Origin: Lama glama
Taxonomy: Eukaryota
NCBI GenBank assembly: GCA_028534125.1
Contig: CM052817.1
Coordinates: 20,896,001 to 20,960,000, forward strand
Length of the DNA: 64,000 nt
Direction of reading: 5' to 3'
The position numbers were made by a program, and so were the translations under genes. The notes beneath the pieces were generated by a model, which was not told where the DNA came from, made no database searches, and worked only from the letters and a program-made list of their open reading frames with translations. Positions 1-13,161 of this stretch are shown piece by piece. Numbering within the stretch: the first letter of the stretch is position 1; each line of letters begins with the position of its first letter.

Positions 1-271
1 ATAGTAAACAATCTTATGGTTACTGAGAGAAGGGGGTGGGAAGGGATAAATTTGGGAGTTTGAGATTTGCAAATGTTAGCCACTATATATAAAAATAAAT
101 AAAAATAATTCTTCTCTACAGCACAGGGAACTATATTCAATATCTTATAAGAGCCTTTAATGAAAAAGAATATGAAAATGAATATATGTATGCATGTGCA
201 TGACTGGGACATTGTGCTGTACACCAGAAATTGACACATTGTAACTGACTATACTTCAATTTAAAAAAAAA
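1..271 (+). mobile_element. Young lineage-specific L1 3' UTR and A-tail (camelid-like), cut by the window edge
   Basis: G-rich tract, 'gcacagggaactatattcaatatctt', 'cattgtaactgactatacttcaat' and an A-tail; highly similar to 11870-12148. Confidence 0.9.
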
Positions 272-276
272 GGTTA

Positions 277-776
277 NNNNNNNNNNNNNNNNNNNNNNNN
301 NNNNNNNNNNNNNNNNNNNNNNNNNNNNNNNNNNNNNNNNNNNNNNNNNNNNNNNNNNNNNNNNNNNNNNNNNNNNNNNNNNNNNNNNNNNNNNNNNNNN
401 NNNNNNNNNNNNNNNNNNNNNNNNNNNNNNNNNNNNNNNNNNNNNNNNNNNNNNNNNNNNNNNNNNNNNNNNNNNNNNNNNNNNNNNNNNNNNNNNNNNN
501 NNNNNNNNNNNNNNNNNNNNNNNNNNNNNNNNNNNNNNNNNNNNNNNNNNNNNNNNNNNNNNNNNNNNNNNNNNNNNNNNNNNNNNNNNNNNNNNNNNNN
601 NNNNNNNNNNNNNNNNNNNNNNNNNNNNNNNNNNNNNNNNNNNNNNNNNNNNNNNNNNNNNNNNNNNNNNNNNNNNNNNNNNNNNNNNNNNNNNNNNNNN
701 NNNNNNNNNNNNNNNNNNNNNNNNNNNNNNNNNNNNNNNNNNNNNNNNNNNNNNNNNNNNNNNNNNNNNNNNNNNN
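277..776. other. Assembly gap (500 N)
   Basis: N run. Confidence 1.
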
Positions 777-2419
777 CCATGAGGGTGCTCCCCTCCTAGG
801 TTTGAGTTATTATCTTTGAAAAAAAAATACACACCTATTCGAATGGCCAACATCCAGGAAGGGCAGTATCATATTCTCTTGGATAGCTGCAAGATGCAGA
901 TTTTTGCTATTTCAAACCACCTTTAAATTTACAATTTCCTATGCGTTAAAATAAAAGTATGGTCATAAATCTGCATTCAGTGAGCTCAGGAGCATGGTGA
1001 CATGTGAAAATATATAAAAACATAAAAAAATGCATGCTGTTCGGGTCACGGGAGTGCCCGCAGCCCTGAAGATTTAGATCCATAGAGATACTCAAGTGTC
1101 CCTCTGAACACTACACTTTTATTTTAGTAGAATTTTGTTTATATATCTTGTTTCTATCTAAGCCTGTGAATTTGTCTAAAATTCCAAAACCCTGTGTTTC
1201 ATCATCAAACAGGCTAACAGCCACGGTCACGTCAGAGAGCGGCTCTGAGATATGCGATGTCAAACTTAACTCTGTGGGAATAAATTGTAACTTCTAATTT
1301 CAATGCAGTTGAGTGTTTTCTGTTTTTTTCTGTATCAGTTTTTTTCCACTCATAAATACAAGTGTCAAAATGTGAACTTTTTAAAATTTTACCTATTCCT
1401 ATTGTGGGTTTTCTCCCCTCCTCTATTTCTCTCTGCGATCTTCCATCCGTTCTTCACAGTCGTCTTTATTTTCCTTGATGAACTGCCTCCGAGAATCCCT
1501 CAGACTCTCCCATTTGATTCTCTCGTATAAAACTGGCCTTTGTAACACTGATAATTGAAGTTTGCCTCAGGGAGCATGTTTGCTTCAGGAAAAGGAAAGG
1601 AATAGTTTTTCCTTATGCGGTAAGATGACAAAGACCAATGATCAAAAGCCTGCCGTAGCAAAGAAAGCCTCGGCACGCTGGGTGTGGGGAGCTCTCTTAG
1701 GACCGCTGTCACGGAAGATACCTGCCCAGTCCTCACACCGAGCCCCCGCTCTTGTCACTACCCACCAGCATCCCACTGAGTGTTAGGGTTGGTACCAGTT
1801 TTGTATCTTTATTTCACTGAGATTTGACGATTTCTGCTTAGGACAGTAGAATTAAAGCTTTCAATTTTAGACCAACATGTTCACCTTATAAAGACAAATT
1901 TTAGGAAATCTTTTCTGCCATTTTTCTTTTCCTACCCCTTTTTAAAGCTGTACCTACATGCTCCTTCATGTTGGACTTTTATAATTGAATTTCCCAATCA
2001 AGTCATTGAAACAGGATTCATTTCATAAGCTATCCAATCATGCAGCTGAAATAATCTAGGTATGGAAGAATGTTCTTTGAAATGTTTCTGGACATGGGGA
2101 CAGGCCTGACTGGGAGGGTTCCTGACAAACAGCTGTCAAAGCCTCAGGCTTTAGATTAATAAACTGAGACTCCGGGAAAGATCTGAAGGGAAGAGAGTCG
2201 TGCCAGTCTTGTTTTGGTGTGGAAAGTCCAAGCTGACAACCAGAGCTACGTGTACAAGTTATACGTCAAGCTAGGTTCCTTCCATATCAGTTGGGTAGTC
2301 AGTGACAGGGATCACAATAGGGTGGACAAATATCCCAAAATGCGTTAGTGAGTCCACTTAAAGAAATTAATTTCAAATTGTGGAAGAATCACCAAATGGT
2401 GTGGCTTCTTGCAAACAAC

Positions 2420-2520
2420 AGTTTCTCTGATCCTTGAGTTTTCGTATCGACACAATGGGGACAATCAAATGCTAGCATAATTTATAAGCACTACGCAAGG
2501 GGGGCTTGCATAAATGTTTG
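2420..2520 (+). mobile_element. MIR core fragment (degraded)
   Basis: 'tctctgatccttgagttttcgtatcgacacaatggggacaat' resembles the MIR core ctctgagcctcagtttcctcatctgtaaaatggggataat. Confidence 0.5.
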
Positions 2521-2582
2521 AATACAGAGGAAACTTTGCCTAAGATCTAACAGTCTAGTGATGACAGCAGACAGAACTAACA

Positions 2583-2624
2583 GTAAATATTTATCAGTAC
2601 AATGTAAATATTTATCAGTACAAT
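2583..2624. repeat. Perfect 21-bp tandem duplication
   Basis: GTAAATATTTATCAGTACAAT at 2583-2603 and 2604-2624. Confidence 0.95.
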
Positions 2625-2754
2625 AGTATTGCTTTGCTTTTCTGTAGTGCTTCACTGTTTACAAAACGCATTTACAAACATCTTTCTCAAATCCTTACAT
2701 ATGGAATTTATCATTTGAAAGGTGAAGATTAAAAAGTCTGAATTAAAATAAATC

Positions 2755-3320
2755 TATTAGGGACCTTTAATTTGTCAGAGAAATAAATTAAAACCTAAAA
2801 TAGCTTGAGTTAAAAGATATTTTATTGGCATATACAGTAACAGAGTCTGAGATGAGGGAGCTTTCAGGCATGACTGGATTCAAGGCTAATAAAAGAAAAT
2901 AGTTTTAAATCATTTCTCAGAAATATCAATACTTCTTGTGTTTTGTTTCATTCCCAGGCACGGAGCTGTATCCCCAGCTGACTCTAAACACACACCCTGT
3001 GGTAGAAGGAAAGTGGCTCCCGCCTCTTCACCCAGAAAGTTATAAAGGTAAATTCAATTTTTCAATAATGTCTGTAAAATTCCTGAGAGTAAGTCTGATT
3101 TGAAAGATCTGCATTGCATGCCCAGTCCTCAACCAGAAGCTGGGTAGAGAGGAATAAGGTTAGCTGTCAGTCAAGGGCTCAATGGGCAGGACAGAGCACT
3201 GGGAAGCAGAAGCCTCTGTTTGACCCCAGGAGCAAAGTATCCACACTCTGTGTATTAATGGATAACCAAATAAAAATCAGGACTGATGCTTAAGGAGGAA
3301 AGGATGCAGGGGACACCAGC
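2755..3320 (-). mobile_element. Ancient ERVL/MaLR-type solo LTR (LTR33 or MLT1K-N-like)
   Basis: 'aacctaaaatagcttgagttaaaagatattttattggc...ttcaggcatgactggattcaagg' matches the terminus pattern of old ERVL/MaLR LTRs. Confidence 0.55.
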
Positions 3321-3879
3321 TGAAATGCCCACCTCTGAAGATGAACAGTTAAAGGTGTAGGATATAGGCAGCAACAGAACCCAGGCACTCTGCAGATATA
3401 CAATGCTTTCTTTTTTTTTTTTCAAATTAGAGATTGGAAAAAGTATAAAATATATGTTGCAAGTATGAAGTGATTAGAAAATTGAATGAAAAAAAAAATG
3501 GTTCCCGTGACTCAAGGAACTAAAGTTGCCTCGGTCATCGTAAATAAGCCCTGGAAAACTTCACGGAAGGCATTCCACTTAAAGAATTACACATGTTGCC
3601 TTTGGATTGTCCATTGATATGTCAAATTTGAGCTAGGGGTATGACCAAGTGAATTCCATAGATCATATTTCTGGCACAGACATATCCAGGGAAATTATTT
3701 TTCGATTCAATGTATATTTGGCTGCCTGATTTCACCAGACTACACGTATTAACAGGTTTAAACACTATTCAACAGTGACAGAGACATGCACTCATTGTAG
3801 AAACACGAGCATAGCTAGCGGTATTTCCCGCTGAGCGCTATCAGCCCTGTAACTGAAGTTGCAGCCTGTGAATGCAGAA

Positions 3880-4250
3880 CTCCTCAGTAATTACTCTTCC
3901 CTTTCAGATCAGAAGGAAAATAACCTCCTGTATTTATAGCCAACTCTATTAGGTATTCAAGGATGATCTGTTGATTCATGCACTGATTTCTCATACAGGA
4001 TGTTGTTATTTGAAGGGATTTGCTCACGGGAAAAGATCTAATTGGCTTGACTGTATAAGCAGCGTGGCCTTCGTAAACAGCTGACGTGTGCTATTTGTTG
4101 GCATTTGCAAATGTAGATTAGAGAGGAAGAATGGAGGGTGGGAGGGAGAGGAAAGGGCTGCCAATACATTTCACCAGCTTAGTTTATTGATAACCTGTTG
4201 CCTTGTCCAAAGTTGAGGTCGGTATATAAATTTACCTTTTTTAACCGTAT
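3880..4250. promoter_or_regulatory. Candidate enhancer or conserved non-coding element
   Basis: No repeat recognised; overlapping GTAAACA (4073-4079), CAGCTG (4078-4083) and TGACGTG (4082-4088); palindrome CATTTGCAAATG (4102-4113); CTAATTGG (4038-4045). Confidence 0.3.
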
Positions 4251-5339
4251 GTTAATGTGAAGAATAAAAAAAAAAGCTGAGCTAATTTGGTTAAATAAAC
4301 TATATTGATAGCAGCCAATCCAAGCTATTGCATATGAATTGCCTAAGCATAGAGCTTAAAATACTAACGTGATTGTGTTGAAGCCAACTTGGTGGCCATA
4401 TAACTCTGGAACAAAGTCTTGCTAGATTAGAAACATGTAACAATGGTAAGTGACTTAGCATGGTGCTGACACAATTTAGTAATATAATAGGATGAGTTTT
4501 TTTAAATTGGCCTAAAGAAATTTACGGGGTTATTTTAGAAACATGACCACAAATCCTAGTGGTCCTATTAACCTCATTCAGAACTGTCTATTTCTTAAGT
4601 TGTAGAAACACGAAAGCATTTAAAAATATAGGCCAAAATCATTTGAATGCATATTCTGTCAACGCTTCTTTCGGCCCTAGGATAAGTTAGAAAATCTTTT
4701 TTTCATGCTTCCACCTAGTGATTTGCATATAAGGAGATTATTTTAATTTGATAGGATAAAATGCCGAAATGTTTTACTCAATAAAGGCTACCAGCAGTAT
4801 GATTATCCAGGACACGTGGAGGCTTCAGGCCAAAGCGAGCTTTGGAATGTAGACCTGTAGAATGGGTTAAGAGGCCAAATTCTACAGTATTTATTTTCCT
4901 ACTCAATTCTAGGATGAGTCTTCAGTGCTGTGAGTCTGATTAAAAAAAACAAAAAACAAAAAAACACTGAGAGTTCAACCATATTTAATTTATAGGAAAA
5001 CAAGATAATTTTTTAAAATAAGGATAAGCTCACTGCGTGACAATTTAAAATGACCAAAGTGAGAAAGAGAAATGGAAAGGGGAGGAAGGGGTTAGGAATA
5101 CAGGACTGGGGAGACAGAAAAGTAGGAGATGGAAAAATAAGGATTTTTCTTTAAAAGGGAGTCAGACCCAGAGGTTGCTGAGATACCACTGATTGTCATA
5201 GCAGGTGTCTCTTAAAGGGTCTACTTCCTTGTATTTCCTGATCTAGATCACTTTTCAAACTCGATCCAGTTATTAAAACACCATCAATTTCTTCAAGAGA
5301 CAGAATAGTGAAAATCATTAAGAACACGACTCCTGGAAA

Positions 5340-5582
5340 AATCACAACTGAATCGGAGTTTTGGCTTTCCTGCTTAATTGCTGTGACATTGGGCAAGATG
5401 CATAATCTCTTTGTGCCTCAGTTTCCTCATCTATAAAATGGAACTATTAATATGTTCCCCTTATGAGTTTGTTGTTTTTGTTGTATATATTAAATAAACT
5501 ATTTTAATATATATGTTATGATATTACATTTATTCAGAATAGTGCAGAAATAAACAGAGCCTATATTGTTAGCTATTACTAT
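5340..5582 (+). mobile_element. MIR SINE
   Basis: 'gctgtgacattgggcaagatgcataatctctttgtgcctcagtttcctcatctataaaatgg' core and 'tgttagctattact' 3' end. Confidence 0.85.
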
Positions 5583-5619
5583 CACCAGCCTAGTGTATTA
5601 TTACTGGAGGGGCTTTATT

Positions 5620-8160
5620 TCTAGATTTTAATAAAATTTTCAAAAGGTTTGAGATTTACAGATAGTTTGAGAAGATAGTATCAAATTCCCATGCATTTCA
5701 CAGCCAATTTCCCCTATTGTCTTACAAATAAATGATCAGTTTATTATAGTTAATAAACCAATTATTGATATGCCATTATAAAACAAAGTCTAAACTTTAT
5801 TCAGATTTTCTTAATTTTTATCTAATGTCTTTGTACTGTTCTAGGATCCCACGCCAGATGCCACATTACATGTAGTTTTCATTTTCCTTATGCTCCTCTT
5901 GGCTGAGAGAGTCTCAGATTTTCTTTGTTTTTGACAACCTTCACAGTTTTGAAGGGATTTTGTGTTATATCCCTCAATTGGGATTTATCTGATGGTTTTC
6001 TCAGGATTAGACAGGGATTATGGATTTCAAGAGGAAGACCACAGAGGTTAACTGCCACCTTCATCACACCACACCAAGGGTACATACCATTAATGTGACA
6101 TCACTATTAACATTGAATTTGAACATTGGGCTTGAGGTAGTGTCTGTCAGGTTTCTCTACAGCAAACTACTCTCCCCTACCCAGCCCATACTGTATTTTT
6201 TGAAAATACTTCACTCTGCACAGCCCACACTTAAGATGCAACACCCTACTTTTCACAGCCTCAAGGGTGGAACATTTACATAAATTATTTGGAATTTTTC
6301 TGAATAAGAAATTTGTCTATTTTCACCTATTCTTTGTTTGATTAAACAAACACTTAATTATATCAAAATAGAATCATGGATGCTTAACATTTTTGGTTAT
6401 AATTCAATGTTTAATTTATTCTGTTGTTCGAAGTGTTTCACCTTTGGCCAAGATAAGTTTTCAGTTGCCTTCTGCGTTCTTTTGACAGATTATCATCATT
6501 GTGTGTGAGAGGGTGTATGTGTGCGTTTAGATACTCCGAGTTTATCTTGTATGTTTCCTGTCCCAGACTTAGAATCAGCCGCTTCTCTGAGGAGCCCCAG
6601 TTTCTTTTATTAGAGAATGGTATTAGGAACCAGGCTCTGAGTTCCACATGTGCTTACTGCTTCTGGTGTGTGTCCTTGATCTAGGCTTTCTCAGCTGACA
6701 GCAGAAATATTATGTGCATACTAATCAATGTATACACAAATAACTATAAATATTTTCTAAATGTAACTATCTAACTATATTAAGCTACACATAAGTCTAT
6801 ACTGATGTTTCCAAGTTTAATCAATTACCACAAGGATCATTCTACCTTCCTCCTCTTGCTTATTTGCTACCTCCCACTCCAAAAGTGAGAAACCTGGCAC
6901 CTCCTATACATTTAATTATTCACTTCTGGCATGTATATAATGTTATATGTATGATACTAGAGATATTGGTGCATACTACCATGGGAAAGAGTTTTATCAA
7001 GAAGACTACAGAACTCAAGTACTTTTTACACTAAATTTTAAAGACTCTTCTCATTTCCCAAGATACTCAAGTAGGTAACCCTCTTCCCCCACCATCCCCA
7101 CCTTCACTGAATTTATTTCATGAACTTTAAATACAATTATATAATTTTGTCAATTACTCATTGCATCATGAATTCTTCAACACTGTACATTTTTTTAAAC
7201 TTTTAAAACTTTTCATATACTGTGTGCTGCAGTTCTGTGGATTTTAACAAAATGCATTGTGTCGTGTGTCCACAATTACAGTATCATAGAGAATAATGTC
7301 ACTACCCTAAAATTCCCTCTTGGTTCAGTTATTTATCCTTCCCTGTTTTCCACCTAAACTCCTGGTAAACTATTGGGCCTTTTACTGCTGCTATAGTTTT
7401 GCTGTGTCCAGAAAGTCATACAATTGGAACATGCAGTATGTGGTCTCTTCAGACTGATTTCTTTCACAGAATCTCTGTGCCCACTTATTTCACATTTAAG
7501 ATTCATCTGGCTTTTCATAGCTTGATAGCTAGTATAGTGTAAGCACTAAATAATATTCCATTGTAAGGATGTTCCATAGTTTGTTTATTCATTCATCTCC
7601 TGAAGAAAAGCTTAGTTGTGTTCAGTTTGGGATGATTATACCTAAAGCTGTAATAAATAAGTAAGTTTTTGTGTTAATACTAAATTACTCTTTTTTCTCT
7701 AGTTTCCTAAGGCAGAAGCTTAAGCTACTGATTTTAGATCTTTCTTTTTTAGTACATGTGTTTAATGATTTTAGATCTTTCTTTTTTTAGTACATATCTT
7801 TAATGCTATACATTGGATTTCCCTCTTAGTATCATTTTTTGTACTTTTCATGAATTTGGTGTGTCTTACAAATTCCATACATTGTAATTTTATTTAGTTC
7901 AAAGTATTTTTTAATTTCTTGTGAGATTTCTTTGCCACATGTATTATTTGGAACTGTGTTGTTCAATCTCCAAATATTTGGGGATTTCCCAACTATCTTT
8001 CAGTTACTGATTTGTAGTTTCATTCTATGGTCTGAGAACATACATTGTATGATTCCTATACCTTTAAGTTGTTAAGGTGTGTTTTATTGACCAGAAAGTG
8101 GTGTATCTTTGCCAATATTTCATGGGAGCTTGAGAAGAATGTCTAATCTGTTGTTTCACG
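5620..8160 (-). mobile_element. Ancient L1 (L1MC/L1MD-like): long 3' UTR plus internally deleted ORF2 remnants
   Basis: Antisense L1M 3' terminus 'tttgagatttacagatagtttgagaagatagtatcaaattccc'; antisense ORF2 endonuclease-side sequence at about 7690-8160 ('atggtctgagaacatacattgtatgatt', 'gcttgagaagaatgt'). Confidence 0.75.
7729..7803. repeat. Tandem duplication of about 37 bp inside L1
   Basis: TGATTTTAGATCTTTCTTTTTTAGTACATGTGTTTAA followed by a near-identical copy. Confidence 0.85.
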
Positions 8161-9275
8161 GCAAAAAAGATAAAAAAATAAAAAGGCAACCCATTGAATG
8201 GGAGAAAATATTTGAAGATTATGTATCTGAAAATAGGTTACTATCCAAAATATATGAAGAACTTGCAACTCAATAGCAAAAAAAAAAAATCCAATTAAAA
8301 AATGGGCAGAAGATCTGAATATATATTGTTTCCAAAGGTGGCCAACAGGTACATGTAAAGATGGTCAACATCACTAATCATCTGGGAAATGCAAATTAAA
8401 CCACAGTGAAATATTACCTCATGCCTGATAGAATGGCTATTTTTAAAAAGAAAGAATGTGTTGGTGAGGTTGTTGAGAAAAGGAAATCCTCCCGCTCTGT
8501 TGGTGGAAATATAAATTGGTTATAGCCATTAAGGAAAACAGTATGGAGTCTCCTCAAAAAAATTAAAATCAGGAACTACCCTTTGATTCAGCTATTCCTC
8601 TTCTGGTTATTTATCTGAAGAAAATGAAAACACTAATTAGAAAAGAAATTAGAACATGCATCCCCATGTTCATTTCAGCATTATTTACAATAGCCAAGAT
8701 ATGGAAACAACTTAGGTGTCCACTGATGGATGAAGGAATAAAGCAAATGTGATATATACACACAAACACACACACACACACACACACAATGGAATATTAT
8801 TCAGCCATAAAAATGAAATCTTGCCATTTGTGTCAACATGGTAGGACACTGAGGACATTACGGTAACAGAAATAAGTCAGACAGAAAGACACATACCACA
8901 TGATTTCACTTATATGTTAAATAGTTAAAAAAAAACCATCAGAAAACAGATTAATGGTTGCAAGAGACAAGGGGTAGGGAGGCTGACAAAACAGATGAAG
9001 GGGGTAGAAATGTACAAATTTTCAGTTCTAAGTCACAGGGATGCAATGTACATCATGGTGACTACAGTTAATATTGTATTGCATATTGGAAATTTGCTAG
9101 TAGAGCACATCTTAAAAGTTGTCTTCACAAGAAAAAAATATATAACTATGTATGGTGATGGTGCTAACTAGACTTACTGTAGTGATCATTTCACAATACA
9201 TACAAGTATGAGATCACTGTGTTGTACACCTAAAACTAATATGTTATATGTCAATTATATTTCAATAAAAAGATA
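8161..9275 (+). mobile_element. L1MA9-like 5'-truncated L1 (ORF2 C-terminus and 3' UTR) nested in the older antisense L1
   Basis: 'aggcaacccattgaatgggagaaaatatttg', 'gaaatgcaaattaaaccacagtg', 3' UTR 'gtcacagggatgcaatgtacatcatggtgactacagttaata', ends 'tcaataaaaa'. Confidence 0.85.
8757..8788. repeat. (CA)n microsatellite within L1
   Basis: About 15 CA units with one interruption. Confidence 0.9.
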
Positions 9276-9289
9276 CAAAGTAAAAAAGT

Positions 9290-10645
9290 GATCAATATAG
9301 TTAGATTAATATCCACCATATTTATAAATTTTCTAGTTTATATGTTCATTGCTTTCCTTCCCCTTCATCTGCCTTCTCTGATTTTAACTAAGCATTCAAG
9401 ATTATTGCATTTTCCCTATTCTTAGCATATCAGTATATGTACTTACAAAAATGTTTAGTTGTTCTTAGAATTGGGAATATAGATTTTTAACTAATCTAAG
9501 CCTACTTTCAAATAGGTAGACTATGACATATCATGTATAGTGTAGTTATCTTATAAAAATGTTCCCAATTTCTTCCTCTTTTTGATATTACTGTCATTTA
9601 ATTTATCTATAAGCTATGATCATCTGATACATTTTTATATTAATTTGATTAGTTCTCAGATCAAGAATGAGAAAATTTTAAATTATGTTCACTTCAAATG
9701 TATTTTTTATATGATCTTCCTTTATGTAGATGTGAGTTTTTGACCCAGATAATTTTCTGTTAATCTCCCTTAGCATATTAATCATAGCTATTTACTATTG
9801 CCTGTTGAAATTCCAATATCTATATCATATTTGGGTCTTGTAATGATAAATACTTTGTCTCTTCAGAATGTGTTTTTCCTTGCCTTTTGGCATGCCTTGT
9901 AACTTTTTACTGAAACTAAACATGATGAAGGTGAGTCTATATCTAGCAGTGTTTTAAAGCTATTAATTCACTGCTGTTACACTGGAATTCTATTGATGTG
10001 GTGAATGTATGAAGAAGGAAAATGATTTAACGTTGTAATTAAATCTTAGTATTTTAGTGGACTGGTGTCCCTGGGTGTGATATTCACACGTTTCTTAATT
10101 TTTTACCTCCAATTATGTGAGACAGAAGTCCAGAGGGGTGGAGTTGAGAAGTAATCCCAGGTAAGATAACACAGCTTTGTCTTTCTCCCTGCAGACTGGA
10201 CTCTTGGGATGGGTAAAGCTTCAGGTGTCTTTCACTCCTGGTTACTGTTCCTTTTCCACTATTAGAGCCAGGAGGGTATCTTTCTTGGTTCTTCACAGTG
10301 GGTTCCTGCAGGTAAAACCCAGAGGAGTGCAAAGCCCCACTTACACTGTGGTTCTCAGGAATTTCTTACTCTCTAGCTCTAGCTGACACTCAGTCTTTGG
10401 CACTCATTGAAATTACCTACCCCATCTGTTTATGTCTCCAGCTGCTTCTGCTCCATATGATCAGATCTTGGCTGTGACTTTCAGAATCACCTGTCTCCTC
10501 ATATATCAGTCTCTCAGAATGCCCTGTGACCTTAGTTCTCTGATGATTCTAAGAAAGGTTATCAATTTTTAGTTTAAGAGTTTTTAGGAAAAATCTCAAA
10601 AAAATGGCATGATGTCTTCTAAGTTATTTTCCTGTAGTAACTAAA
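9290..10645 (-). mobile_element. Resumption of ancient L1M (ORF1 and 5' region remnants)
   Basis: Antisense L1M-type text 'ctttatgtagatgtgagtttttgaccc', 'tgccttttggcatgccttgtaactttt', 'ctctgatgattctaagaaaggttatcaatttt'. Confidence 0.6.
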
Positions 10646-11663
10646 ATCACAAAAGGACATATATTTTTAGATGAAAGATAACAGATTAAGATAGAGTAGA
10701 TTATATTTAGTAAAAGTAAGAAATATTTCAATCACATATGTGTGTAATCAATGTGTCAAAAATAATCAAACTTCAAAAAAAATCTGAAAAGTACTAATCC
10801 AGAGCACTGGTCAAGTCTTGCTTTTCTGTGATGGTGAGCATTTGTATGCTTAAGTATCTATTTTTAATTAAATTAATATAAAAGATAGGATAAGATATAT
10901 TTTGGATTTCATATAATCCCAGTGTACTGGCTGTAATGGCACAGCTTTCTCTCAGAACCACAGCTTTGCAGCGGTCTCTTGAGAAGTGCTCCTGTAGACA
11001 TAAACTCACTTTTGACAATGTTGACCACTAAAAATACATTAATTTTAAAGGACTGAAGAAAAAAATTGGACAAGGTAAATTAATAGCACTGTAGGAAAAA
11101 TCCCAGTATCTTTACTCAGACTGAAGTTCAACTTCTCAAATTAGTTCTCTATTATTTCATTATTCTGTTCTCACTGGGGAATAATAGCCTTATTCACACC
11201 AGTTAACCTTCAAGTATGTGGAAAATTGATATTTAATGCTTAAAAAATTAATATGTGTCATTTTAAAATGTTTCTGATTTAAACACAGGAGTTGGGTTAG
11301 AAGACACTGTGTAGATCATTCCTCAGCATCAAACACCTTATCTTGAGCCATCCAGCCCAGACACTGTCCTGTTTTGGGTACTAGTCTCTGAAAGCTCTTG
11401 TTTCAAAATTCTTCCCTGGGAGTAGACGCCAAGTTTCCTCTTATTACCAGAAACAGGAACTCTGCCTGTGATATCCGACTAAAATCGAGCATACCTACTG
11501 ACAAACTTTGCAAACACTTCAAATCCTAGGAAAATGAGTCCTGTGATTCTCATCTTTGCATTTTACCTATTTTAGCCACTGTTGCTAACATTTCAATAAA
11601 AATAAGATGACAAAAATCCTAATATAAAGAACACTTGGTCCCTTAGAGAAGTATATTCTATTT

Positions 11664-12148
11664 ATACAATGGAATACGACTCAGCCATAAAAAAGAATAA
11701 AATAATGCCAATTGCAGCAACATGGATGGACCTAGAGATCGTCATTCTAAGTGAAATAAGCCAGAAAGAGAAAGAAAAACACTATATGATATCACTTATA
11801 TGTGGAATCTAAAAAAATTAAAAAGAGCACTAATGAACTCACCTACAAAACAGAAACAGACTCACAGACATAGTAAACAATCTTATGGTTACTGAGGAAA
11901 GGGGTGAGAAGGATAAATTTGGGAATCAGAGATTTGCAAATGTTAGCCACTATGTATAAAAATAGATTAAAAAAACAAATTTCTTCTGAATAGCACAGGG
12001 AACTATATTCAATATCTTGTAATAATCTTTGATGAAAAATAATATGAAAACGAATATATGTATGTATATGCACAACTGGGACACTGTGCTATATACCAGA
12101 AATTGACAATTGACACATTGTAACTGACTATACTTCAATAAAAAAAAA
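11664..12148 (+). mobile_element. Young 5'-truncated L1 (camelid-like subfamily A), about 485 bp
   Basis: ORF2 tail 'gcagcaacatggatggacctagagatcgtcattctaagtgaa'; 3' UTR highly similar to 1-271; AATAAA and A-tail. Confidence 0.92.
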
Positions 12149-13161
12149 CAGCTAGAAAATAAAATGTCATATAAAATATTTCATAAAGTACACATTGTAC
12201 CCACTGGCCTTTTTTTCAGTATATGATCAATGGGGAATACTAAAGAACATTATGTCTTTTCAAGTGAACCTGTAATAAATATTTTTTAATTATTTAAGAT
12301 TCTAAATATTTGTATCTTTACTAGTATCTGAAACTGAATCAAAATTTTATGGTAAAAAATATAAAGTTAATTAAAAATACGTAAAAGTCATTACTAAACT
12401 GGAAATCTGAAAACTTGGATCCTGAACAAATGTATAATGCTAGATGTTTTGTGGTGGGAAAGTAATTACCCACCATAAATCTTTATTTCCTTTTCAAAAA
12501 CTAAAGAGGGTTAATTCAATTATATGATTAATCCTCTTCTAGCTCTGAGGTTGTACATTTGATTTCACTAACACATTAACTCTTTCAGAGACAGTAAATC
12601 TTCCATTTTATTTTTCACTATGTATTTCTTGCGTTTCCTTATAAGAAAGAGAACTGGCTAAATTGCTGCTGGATATCAAACAACTTATTGTTAATATTGT
12701 GAATGTCTATGGGTTTGATTTTTCCAGTTTTACATATCTGAAAAATACAAGGATCCTTTATACTAAGAAAAAATTAATATTTTCCTTACTGAATACAATT
12801 TACATTTTTCTCTTTATGTAGAAAGTCTTGATTCTTCTTTTCAATAAATACATTTAAAAGTGTCAAAAACTTTCTCAAAGAGACAACTGATTTCACAGAT
12901 GATCGTAAAAAGGCCAGAGAAAGCTGATAATGGAAAAAGTGATAACCTGATAGAGCTCTTTCGTTGAATGTGCTCTTAGGAAAAAATCCACGATGAAAAT
13001 GTAGTCGAAGAGATGACTACCACTGCATTCCACAAGCAGAGCCAGTGTATCTAAAATTCAAGATTTCTCAAATATGTTCCTGTGTTTTCTTCTGGACTTT
13101 GAAACTGTCATTTGAAATATCCAAGTTTATACACATGACCTTCTTGACCACTGTACCAGTA

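Noticed and set aside
137..853. Long ORFs spanning N runs (also 18532-19111, 34195-34975, 51066-51803)
   Set aside because: Their length comes from untranslatable Ns; they are not genes
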